Of a stretch of DNA of 64,000 bases, positions 46,801 to 57,600 are shown in pieces. A program made the position numbers and the translations under genes. Source of the stretch: Macrostomum lignano (lineage: Eukaryota). Positions within the stretch are counted from its first letter, which is position 1. Every line of letters starts with the position of its first letter. A model generated the notes under the pieces. The model saw only the letters and a program-made list of their open reading frames with translations, had not been told where the DNA came from and did no database searches. The stretch covers positions 372,001-436,000 of the forward strand of contig NIVC01000208.1 of NCBI GenBank assembly GCA_002269645.1, read 5' to 3'.

Positions 46801-47966
46801 GGCATGTGGTGCATAAGCCTAGCATAAGTCTAGCATAAAGGATAAGATTTTATCAGTTTTCCTCCAATGTAACTCCAAGCATTCAGGATGGAATTCTTGT
46901 ATTTCTTAAGTCAAACAGAATTATGCGATTTTTTCATGGTGCACAAAATATTTTTTATTGGTCGCATTTTTATTTTTGTACTTAGCACGGCGCAAAATGG
47001 TAAAAACAAGACAATAATGAAAAGTGCATTCTAAGAAAATGTAATGATTTGAATTTTCATCCAAATACATATCACCCGTCATATGTTAGAGAATGTTACA
47101 AGTTTCTACTTTTTATAGAATTTTTTTGAATTTTTACTTTTGTGCCTTATTTAGTTTTTATTTTTTATTCTTTTTCTTTGTGATCTTAGCTAGGCCTAGT
47201 AAGATTATCTTTTGCAAAATCCAATATCTCAAGCGTACTTTTGCATATATTAAGAATTAGCAATTTTGTCTGAAATTCTGCGACACATTTTTTCTGGATT
47301 TTTTGACGCAAAATCACATTTTTTTGCACAATTGCATAACACATTGTGATTTTTCTGCAATAATTCCATCCAGGTCAAGCATGAAACAGACTATGGCTTC
47401 TAATAAAGCATGAAACAGACTATGGCTTGTAATAAAGCATTTAAACAGATCTTTATATTTATATATATAGATATCAATTTTCCACTGTAAATAATATTGC
47501 CAAAAAACAGAAAAATAAACCAAATTATTTGTCAAAGACGAAAGAGGTCTATTATGCAATAAACATGTTATTTATATTTTCACAATATAAAAAAGGTAAT
47601 TTTATTGTTGCAACACCAGCAGAGTTTAAGGAATGGGTGTGTATTCAATTTTTTTGGCATGCATTTAACAATCAATTTTTGTTTAGACATGAACCCGGCA
47701 TGATCTGGACTAGGCCTAGGCCTATGGAATGGCAATTCTTGGCAATTTTAGCTAGATTAGGCCTAGGTTTTTTAATAGGTAAAGGGAAAACTAAAAAATG
47801 AGATAGTAAAAATTTCAAATGCCAAAAAGGCATAGTATATATACTAAATATTACTAATGGCATTGGCTTTGGGCCTAATTAACATTTCATCATTATGCTT
47901 GATTTTTAATTGCGATTGCCATAAACAGAAACAAAAAATTAATTTACCTTGATTAGCAGACATCAT
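34888..47966 (-). CDS. FUS: FET-family RNA-binding protein (co-orthologue of FUS/EWSR1/TAF15; cabeza-like), ~639 aa. Exons: 47966-47948, 45922-45856, 45742-45691, 45461-45308, 44586-44162, 42464-42121, 37886-37849, 36922-36714, 35499-34888
   Basis: Phase-consistent splicing totals 1920 nt. Domains: Q/A/Y-rich low-complexity N-terminus, FET-type RRM with extended loop (DTVLIEGL...GQVRINDKSGMPMIWIF...GRALVSYLDP), RGG tracts, RanBP2 zinc finger (DWVCPSCRNRNYSWRESCNRC) and a C-terminal PY-NLS (RFNPY). The 5'-most micro-exons are less certain. Confidence 0.88.
35565..36645. repeat. 23-bp minisatellite GGGGCGATTCTC(A/G)TGCTGATTAT filling FET intron 8
   Basis: Directly visible. Confidence 0.93.
38215..40170. 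repeat. Compound pyrimidine-rich minisatellite (CTATCATCGCCTCTCCTCT/CTACTCT units) in FET intron 6, containing a 1004-bp direct duplication and followed by a Charlie-like hAT right end at ~40255-40273
   Basis: Directly visible. The unique leader GGGGTCCTTTTGAAACTTCGC occurs at 38160 and 39164. Confidence 0.88.
41428..41533 (-). mobile_element. tRNA-derived SINE, short form lacking the central domain
   Basis: The minus strand shows an A box (TAGCCTAGTGG) and B box (GGTTCGATTCC), joined directly to the tail GCGACCCCCCCCAGTCC...CAGCCGTACGCAGCC that is shared with 42596-42815. Confidence 0.7.
42596..42815 (-). mobile_element. tRNA-derived SINE with a V/Meta-like central domain
   Basis: The minus strand shows a tRNA-like head with B box GGTTCGATTCC, then TTGTCTCCTTGAAGAGGACACTTAAC...CACCCGGCTGTAAAATGGGTGCC resembling the conserved V/Meta SINE cores, then the shared tail. 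Confidence 0.7.
42800..43216. repeat. 18-bp minisatellite GGTAGGCTACAA(C/T)CCC abutting the SINE 5' end
   Basis: Directly visible. Confidence 0.9.
43475..44105. repeat. 24-bp minisatellite GGGGCGATTCTTATGGATGGCTGA in FET intron 5
   Basis: Directly visible. Confidence 0.9.
44650..45240. repeat. 40-bp minisatellite CCCATCCCATACTCGCTAACTGACTCAGAAATCCCTAAGT filling FET intron 4
   Basis: Directly visible. It degenerates toward the right. Confidence 0.88.
45512..45655. repeat. Short array of the same 24-bp unit as 43475-44105, in FET intron 3
   Basis: About 6 units of GATGGCTGAGGGGCGATTCTT. Confidence 0.82.
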
Positions 47967-50368
47967 TTTTCACTAAGTGATTACTATAGTATATTGAATC
48001 TTTTCTTGTTTATTATGCCTAGGACCTAATAAACTCAATCGATTTTTGACGTTTATAGCTGACGTTATTTACTAACGTAATAAAAAACTTTTTTGATGAG
48101 TTTAAAATATTTGATGACATCTTGGTCAAAACAGAAGGTAATAATTTTAAACAAATAACGAACTAAAACGACAATGTTTTAGGGTTTATTGATCAAACTT
48201 TTTTGCTTTTAAATGCTGAATGAGTGTAATGAGAAAATGTCTGAAAGGTTTTTGAATAATTATCTTGTATTTAATATTTGTATACTTACGACTATACTTT
48301 TTATAAACAAAAGATTTTAAACTCATAAATCAGGCAAAGTAAGCGATTTGATATTTGAAAGACAGAATCCGCTTTTTAACGGTGAATGAGCTCTGTAGTA
48401 GCAGCTTTTACGTCTTGTGGGTCATTCTGAGGGTTGAATTTAGAGTAATTATGTTTTCCCGCTAGTCAGTCCCTTAGAAGCTGATTGTATTTATACTACA
48501 CAGAACGAACAGAGACTTTGATTATTGTTACATGTAGTTAGCCAGGCCGGACTTGGCCTAAGCTAAAATGTGTTTTCTAATATTAAGGACAATAAATTGC
48601 AATACAGAATTTTGAATAGCTGAGATAGATAATGATCGATCGGTTATTCCGTTGATTTCTGTGAAGCTACTGTTACGTCTTTGTACTACCCATTTTAAAG
48701 ATTCTTGAAACTTATTGAGCAGATTTCAAGCATAAAATCATTAAATATATGCCCTCAAATTATCTTTTATCTGATTCTATTTTCAGCGGGCTTACAATTA
48801 CATGACTTTATTCAAGCCCTTCTAGTCAGAAATGCAATTTCAAAAGAATTAACTGCATGTATCGTGAGCCAGTTGGCACTGATAACTTACCCCCTGCAGA
48901 TTGTCATTCGCTATTGTTATGCAATCGGGCCCCTTTCTCGCCCTCCTGCCCCGCCCCAACCCTCCAGTCTGCCCCACCCCTCCAATCAAAAATCAATGTG
49001 TACGCCGATCACGCCACCTCGCACCACCACCCCATACCGTACATTTGTTCTTAAGTTATATTCATGTACGCGTAGGACCAATGAAAAATATATAAATGAA
49101 ATCGCTTTCTGGAGGGCAGGCCTCGATCCCTTGCTCGCGTTTGGTGCGCCTCCGTCGGCTATTGAATAAAAACGACTTGTCTACCATAAAAAGTGCACGG
49201 CGAACTGCATCGGCTACGGTGTGTAAGATCGTGTTCGCGAGTTACTGTCCTTTTTTTCTGCTTCTACCTAGTGCTATGAGAGAGAACAGAGCAAAAGAAT
49301 ACTTGACAGAAACAAGGCATGAGAGGGGCCCGCATTTATTGGCAGGAAACATTGCATCATTACGCGCGAGACCCCGATTTCGTCAGATTGCAAGACGCTA
49401 TTGATTTTTTAGCAACTGACGCTAGGGTTTTGCCTTGTAGAAGGCAATTGTCCAAGCCACTAGTGACCGCGCTAGGGAATACAAAATCCCGAGTTTTGCC
49501 AATCCCGGGATTCTTGGGATAGGGATATCCCGGACTTTGCCAATCCCAGGATCCCGACAAATTGGGCCGTGATCCCGGGATCCAAGGATTTAAAAAAAGT
49601 TTCTAATCTTTGTTGGTGCAATTTGGGTTTTCGAAGCCATCTAAGTTGACCGCTACACAGAGAGCGAACCAAAAGCAGGCTGCAAAACAGAGCACAGAGG
49701 GAACGGGGGGCGAAGGAAACACTGCATGCTGACTAGAATGAGACACCAACAGTAATCCTAGTGGCTCACTACAATTTGTTATACTTTTGTTACAGTTTAG
49801 TCAGCTAAGAATTACATGTTTATTCAGCATTTTGCGGCGATCCAACGATAATATTGAACATAAATTATATAATGGATCGAGTTAAATAGCTTGTTAAGAT
49901 CTAAACTACCACTGTAAAAACAATTTTGCATCGTCTTGGATCACAGATAGCTACCTCCACACAAATAAATCATAAACAGCAGGTTTACATGAATTAAATT
50001 GTACCTACATGTTACATGTAGCTTACTTTTCGAGATCAACTTATCCTGTATCCGAATCTGTTTCATAAGCACATGTAGCTGAGTTACATGTATATTCAAC
50101 AGTGAAGCCGATACTGATATAAATTTGTTCAGTGTTTACCTAACAAATTAGGTAAGCACCATACGGATTAGCAAAAACATTTGTAGTGAATTTAATGTAT
50201 CACATAAATTAGTATTTCCTTACTTAATCCGGCTACTCTAGATCTGTTATCAAAGTAGCCGCTGACTTTCGAAAGGTTTAGTGGATGAATGTACCGTATT
50301 CGTCAACTTCTTATCACATCTGCTGACTGAAAAGGGCTGCTTTTCCGCCATGGTCGCGAATATCCGCC

Positions 50369-50375
50369 TATAAAA
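50369..50375 (+). promoter_or_regulatory. TATA box (TATAAAA) upstream of metalloprotease copy A
   Basis: Canonical motif about 80 nt upstream of the ATG at 50452. Confidence 0.5.
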
Positions 50376-50451
50376 TGTAACGGTTCCAAAAACGTCTCAG
50401 CTATCCACCAAAACTCGAATTTTAAAGCTTTTAACAGCCTCAAACTGTTTA

Positions 50452-53400
50452 ATGAAACTTGCAGGTGAGATAGAGTTTGGAAATAAAATAAGGATTACCT
50501 TCTACTTAAAATAGCTAAGAAGCGTTTAACACAAAAACTTCTCTTGCTTAACATTTCAGTTCTGTTTCTGGTCACCACTGCGGTGGCCCAGGCCTCGGTG
50601 TCCGTCACACAATCCAGCGGTGACGGACCTCACCCGTCCTCCATGGAGATCGAGCTCCAGCTGCCCGACACCGACAAGAAAGTCCGCATCCCGCTGACTA
50701 AGACTGCTCCGTTGGATGACGCTGTGGTCACTGTGATGGACGGTGGAGTCTGCAGGACGTTCTCTGGCCGACAAGCTCAACACGGAGATCACGCTCACTA
50801 CAGAAATGTAGATCGGAAGTCTGTGATCAGCGTTCGACACGAGAACGGCACAAAGCGCATCAGCGGTCACGTGACGCACCAAGACGCCTTGTATTTCGTC
50901 GAGCCGATCGGCGACTTCGAGCACCGTGTCTCCAAAACCAACGGAACTGACTCGCAGACGTATGGGACGCAGCACGAGCGGGTTCTGAGTCGCAAAAAAC
51001 GCCGAGTGAACCGAGAGGCTACCGAGTACATAGTCGAGATCCACATCCTCATTGATCACACCGTGTGGAAGACTTTCAAGACAATTTTCGGTACGGTTAA
51101 CAAAGCCCTGACTGAGCTGCACTTCTACTATTCCCACATTGTGATTGGCATGGACACGGTCTTCAGGAACATCGGCAGTCCGTCAATCAGTGTCAGGTGC
51201 ATTGGGTTAACAGTAGCTAAGACCGAAGCCGATGCAAAGTGGATGCCTCCGGATAGCTCGGCTGACGGTACGCGCTTTGGGAAAAATACTGTCAGTTACG
51301 CTCGTATTTAGGTACGAGTGTAATTTACAATAATTTCAATGTTAAAGCATTTATCTGAACTGAAATCTTTTAGCGAAAAATGTAAGTGTCCTTCTCCGCG
51401 GAATCGGAGCGTTCGCGAAAGGCAACAGAGCCGATCATGTGATGGCTTTCACGCGTAGGGACATTGGACTGGACGGGGACTTAAGCGTCGTAGGATTTGC
51501 CTATTCACGTAGCGCCTGCCAAAACTGGAAGGTCAGCATTGTCGAAGATAGGGGCCTCCACAGCTGGACCACGGCGGCGCACGAGCTGGCGCACAACTTG
51601 GGGGCCGGCCACGATGACAACGAGCCCGGCTGTGCAACGACTCAACAGTTTCTGATGTCACCTATACGCGGATTCTATGATGCCAGCAACATAGCCAATT
51701 CCTATCGGTTCTCTTCGTGCACAGTGAGACAGATCAAGAGCTACCTCAAATCCAGTAGGTATTTAAAATGCATTCTTTGTATCAATTTGATTAGGAAATC
51801 TGGATTCAGCACGGCGCTTTCGCACTATGCCAGTGTATTTTCTTCGATAGATCTTTTTAACGATACGTCACTGCGTCAGTACTGTTTTTGGATCCCTAGC
51901 CAGGTATAGCAGCGTGTTGGCAGCCTATTAATGGCACTGTAACTGCCTGTAAATGCTGCAAAGCAGTGTTTTTCATAGATTTTTACCCGAAAAGGGGTAT
52001 CAAGCCTCTGAGTAGTACCCAATTTTGGAGGAGTAATACCCTATCGAATTCCTAATATTGATACTTGAATTCTTGCAAAAAAATTGAAAAAGTTATACTT
52101 TGAAGTTTTGAATAAGTCATAGCACGTTCAGAGCAGTATCGCATGGCCGTGGGCCCACTCCGAAGAGACTTGAGTTGAGCGGGAGCCTGACAATTCCAAC
52201 CCTCTCTCTAGATGAGGCCTTCATCTAGAGAGAGAGGCCGAAATTTCACAACGTAAAAAATTTTGCATGGTACATTGTTTTATTAAGTTTATTAAGTCAC
52301 TCTTAGACTGACTCATCCCACGAGTGGATGTACACAGGCCCAAACTAGGCCAGCCCAGCCTAGGCAGGAATCTCGATTCCTTCCGCCTCTCCTATCGGCA
52401 AGTTTGCTTTTTATTGGAGCCTCCCACATCCACTAGCTCACTTCAAGTTAATTGATATGCTGCTGCTGGTAGACATTTTTCATCACAAAGAAATGCATCT
52501 TGGGATTTAGAAATTTTAGAAAAAACTTAACTTGTTTGAACTCAAAAAAATGAATTCCCCATTCTGGGGTATCAAGAGGCAAAATCAGTTTACTAATGCA
52601 CATTGCGGTACTAATTGGGGTAAAAAACTGTGGCTGCAACCTAAGCACTGCAGCTGGCGCAGCTATACCTACGACCGCCAGGCCCCGGCTTCTACGACAA
52701 TTCACATCCACAGTTGACGCTGGGAACTTGGGTAGCTTGTGCGTTAACTCTGACAGGAAAATTTGGGCTCCTGATGTCTAAGAAACAGCGGCAATGAACT
52801 GTCCTTGTCCTGAGTGATGTCACCTGTCCAGCCGTGCTGTGAGTGGTTAGTAGAATGTGGTGCCCACTCAAGAGCATTTAAAATGAGAGGTCTCGCGACT
52901 GGAAGAAAAATGGCTGACGGGAATGGGGGGTTTCTCAAGTGCCTCGTTATGGTTATTTTAACAATCCGCTCGTAGCGCAAAAGTTTTGGTGGGTGACAGA
53001 GGAGTAGGGTGGGCGTATGTAGTGAGTCATCCGATGAGTCATCCGGGGGATTGGCTTGGATATTCGCGGTAGGGATCGGTCAAAGGCGCGCATGGAGAAG
53101 AATGTTATTACAATTTTATTGAGGGCCCAGGCCGCTGTCCCATCAGGAGATCATTATTGACACTCAAAATATTATAAATCCCTAACCCAGGTAAAGCAAC
53201 GTGTCTGCAGTCGTCTCTTCAAGGCACTTCAGTCGACCTATTAACAAGCTCTGTCCGCCAAGGAACCCGCTTATCCCTCGATCAGGTGTGCCGTCTGAGT
53301 TTCCCATCCAGTCCTGGCAAAGTTTTCGTGTATGAGGACGTCAGAAAAGACCCAGCTTTGTTGTGCGCAAAACTGTACTGCTACGAGAAGGCCGGGAAAT

Positions 53401-53669
53401 CGAGGGGGATATCTAGTGGCGGTCTTCGTGCCCCGGTCGGCACCCCGTGCGGCAGTCAGAAGAGCTGCAACTGGAACGGCCAGTGCACCTACGACGCCAA
53501 GGTCCCCGCCGTCGACATTTCCTGCTTTTTCGGCGATCGTGCTTCGGCCGAGCAGTGCAACAGGTTCTACCGGACCATCGCAGAGGCTAGGAGTGCAGCG
53601 GTCAGGATCTCTAACTGCAGTGAGATGAAGCCTGCCTGCTGCAAGACGCTGGCCTCCATTTGCTCTTGA
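50452..53669 (+). CDS. Secreted M12B (reprolysin/ADAMTS-like) zinc metalloprotease, copy A, ~526 aa, intact. Exons: 50452-50464, 50560-51267, 51374-51754, 53191-53669
   Basis: Signal peptide MKLAVLFLVTTAVAQA, prodomain, furin site RKKR, zinc motif HELAHNLGAGHD, Met-turn FLMSP and a Cys-rich C-terminus (LDQVCRL...GTPCGSQKSCNWNGQC...CCKT). Phases are consistent. The exon 2 donor is inferred. Confidence 0.85.
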
Positions 53670-54660
53670 TGCAGTCAAGAAACTCTAACCCTGGACTGAT
53701 TCCGAAGTTGACAATATTGAATACAATTTCTTGCAGACAGCGTTGCTTTATTTGATAAATTTGTTAAAGTTAAGCAACAGCTGGTAAAGAGTGAAGATAA
53801 ATTGTCGCAATCTAAAATGCTTTTTTATGCGTTTGCAGCTCTTGTTTTGCCTTTAAAAGACTTTAAAAATATTAAAAAAATTAAGTAGGTTTAACAAAAT
53901 CTAAAGACATATCAGTTTGCCCTATGAAATCCCGAGCAATTAGAATCTGAAATTGAAGAATTGCGAAACAGTTTTGAATCATCTGCATGGTGTGGATCCT
54001 CGTGCTCAATAGAGCTCATCCGCTTCAGTTAAGAAAACCGACGATTGACAGAAGAAAGGCGGTCAGGTAAAATACTGACAAAGATTTCAAATAATCACTA
54101 CGCTCGTATAAGTTCATCAACAACGAAATCGATCTGAATTATAAATTCCAAAGACTCCTGTTGAATTGCTTGACTGCATTCAGGACTGCATTCCGGTTGA
54201 AAGTTTTGCTTGACTAGACACTTTCTCCAGGTTGCAGTTTGGAACTTTGGTGTTCTTTGCAGAGCCCATGACAAAAGCAGCACGGATTTTTGGTTTTCGG
54301 CAATGAAATATTTACAAGTTCAATAGATATTTCAAAAGATTTGCGCATTGTTCTGAATACGGTAGGTAGCTTGCAGAACGCGACTTCAAGTTCATTCAGA
54401 CAGCCATTCCACGGCAAAAACAAAAAAAATTGGTAAGAAATCAATATATCGAGCCCAATTTTAAATGTGACTGCTTCAACGTGTGTTATTTAGAAGCTAA
54501 TGTATTGGAAGAGATAAGTTGAATTTTTTTTAAAATGCCGCATTTTTACACAATTACAATTCTTGCAAGAAGTTAAATTTCACATATTTTTACCGAATCA
54601 ACTTTCCTGTTTTATATTTAACTATTCTACGACTTCGTCTGTGCTTAAAAGCAGTCTTAA

Positions 54661-57600
54661 ACACAATCCAGCGGTGACGGACCTCACCCGTCCTCCATGG
54701 AGATCGAGCTCCAGCTGCCCGACACGGACAAGAAAGTCCGCATCCCGCTGACTAAGACTGCTCCGTTAGATGACGCTGTGGTCACTGTGACGGACGGTGG
54801 AGTCTCCAGGACGTTCTCTGGCCGACAAGCTCAACACGGAGATCACGCTCACTACAGAAACGTTGATAGCAAGTCTGTGATCAGCGTTCGACACGAGAAC
54901 GGCACAAAGCGCATCAGCGGTCACGTGACGCACCAAGACGCCTTGTATTTCGTCGAGCCGATCGGCGACTTCGAGCACCGTGTCTCCAAAACCAACGGAA
55001 CTGACTCGCAGACGGATGGGACGCAGCACGAGCGGGTTCTGAGTCGCAAGAAACGCCGAGTAAACCGAGAGGCTACCGAATACATAGTCGAGATCCACAT
55101 CCTCATTGATCACACCGTGTGGAAGACTTTCAAGTCAATTTTAGGTACGGATAACAAAGCCCTGACTGAGCTGCACTTCTACTATTCTCACATTGTGATT
55201 GGCATGGACACGGTCTTCAGGAACATCGGCAGTCCGTCAATCAGTGTCAGGTGCATTGGGTTAACACTGGCCAAGACCGAAGCTGATGCAAAGTGGATGC
55301 CACCGGATAGCTCGGCTGACGGTACGCGCTTTGGGAAAAATACTGTCAGTTACGCTCGTAATTAGGTACGAGTGTAATTTACAATAATCTCAATGTTGAA
55401 GCGTTTAACTAAACTGCTTTTTTTAGCGAAGGATGGAAATGTCATTATGAACAGCATCCGAGCGTACACGAGAGTCAAAAGAGCTGATCACGTGATGGCT
55501 TTCACGCGCAGGGACATTCGGATGGACGGAGACTTGAGCGTTGCAGGATTGGCCTACTTACGTGGCGCCTGCCGATTGTGGAAGGTCAGCATTGTCGAGG
55601 ATTCCGGAATCAACAGCTGGGGGGCAGCGGCGCACGAGCTCGCGGACAGCTTAGGGGCCAGACGCGATAACAATGAGCCCGGCTGCGAAGCATCTCGACA
55701 GTTTCTGATGTCACCTTCAGTAGTGAATTCTACACTGTCAGCAACATAGCCAATTCCTATCGGTTCTCTCCGTGCACAGTGAAGAACATCAGGGCCTACC
55801 TCAAATCTAGTAAGTAATTAAAATGTATGTTTTTTTAATTATTTATTTGATTAACAGTAGAAAGATCACACTATTTTCCCCATGGTAAAAGACCATGGGG
55901 TGTATTACAAAAACACTCGCCCCAGTTCACGATAGTTTTCAAACCGAATTACCGATTTTCGTAAAAGTCCACCATATGGATCAACATTTTCTGCCCTTTC
56001 CGACGAACTAACTTTTAAAGTCATCCGACGTCAGCATCATCGAGATATTCAACGATTCTTGTCGAAGACACTGGTGGCAAGGACAACCAACACTACACTG
56101 TATAAACCTTTATAGTAAATCCATATTGGCTCAATAATCAGGGTCCATCTGTTGTAGAGGCGCAACTATTGCACAGACATCTCACAGAAAATGGAGCCAC
56201 AGACAACGACGCCAAGGGCTTCATTTCCTGGTGCGAGCGCTACAGAAATTGCAACAGCGAGGCTGGCAGAAATGATGCGATTTGGTAAGCAGGTACAGTT
56301 CACCGACATGCAGTTTAACCAGAAGAAATCAAGCGCTACCTGCGAAGTGTTACCGATGGTGAGGTTGTGAATTCAGCACCACCTCCGGTCCACGAGAACA
56401 TCACGGCTGAGCAGTTCGTTCGCCTGGTCATTCGGAAGCTTCGGAGAACATGACTCAGTGATTCGTTATAATTGGTTGAAATAGATGACTTCACCGTAGC
56501 AAAGTCGCCTCTACCCAGGCGTATCATTTTAGACGTGCTGCAATATTATTTTCGACAAATTGAATCATTTTTATTTTTTAGTCGCCAGTTAAATCTGTAA
56601 CTCCATAATTTAACATGGTGCAAAAGCATAGTATAATATGCAGAGATGCCTTGTTTGGTGCCTTCATAGAAAAATCACGATGTTGGGGGTGCCAGCTCGT
56701 CAGGGCCGCGTGGTGGCACTCCGTTGAAGGTCCCGAAGGTCGCCTCTATGTCTACAGGTCAGCCTAGAAGGTCGCCATCGTCCATTTCATTCACCGATTA
56801 TGTCTACTGTTTGAATGCTGCATGCAGAAGAGGATTCTTCCATTTCAGTTTTGGGAACACAGCCGCCTCTGAGATGCCGATCGGGTGCATTTGTTGAAGG
56901 TCGTGACGGTCACCGCCGATGCTCCAGAAAGGTGATGAAGGGGACCCTGGGGTCTGGGATGCTGAGAGCAAAAGTCCTTGCGACTGATATGCATAGCTTG
57001 AGGAAAGCCAGGAAAACGAAAGCAAAAACGAACATTCGCATTTTTCTTTAATAATTACCTCGACTCTACTTTGATATGCATAGTTTGTTGAGCCGACGTG
57101 GTTTCATGATGAGATTTTGTGAGCAGAAAAATTTTCCCAATGTTGGTGGTTTTTGCCACCAGACACCCCGATGAGAATCGTTAAATATCTCGAGCCGATT
57201 TTTCGTGATTCTCGAAGTTGCTTCATCGAATAGAGCGGAAATTTTTAGCCCGTGTTTTGGATTTTCATGGCAATTGGTTGAATATTTTAGAAGATACAGA
57301 CAAAGAAAAAATGTGTGTATTTGAAATACACACCATGGTCTTTCTACTGTTAAGGAATCTGGATTCAACAAGTACGAGGGGTATGCGATCGATAATTTCT
57401 GTTTTTCTCGCCGGCCAATAGAAAAGCCGCGCATAAATTATGTTAGTCTGAAATTAAGTTCTCCGCGCGCACCCACCCCCAGCCCGCTCTTTATCAGTCC
57501 TGGGGCCCGTGCTAAAGATTTAAGAGCAAGGAGTAAGAAGTTAGGAGTCAGGAGTGCTCCTAGCAAGGAGTGAATCGATTTTGTGTCCTATAGAGTTTAA

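Noticed and set aside
49455-49770. hAT-like MITE with ATCCCGGGAT repeats
   Set aside because: The internal motif is suggestive, but I could not define matching TIRs with a TSD.
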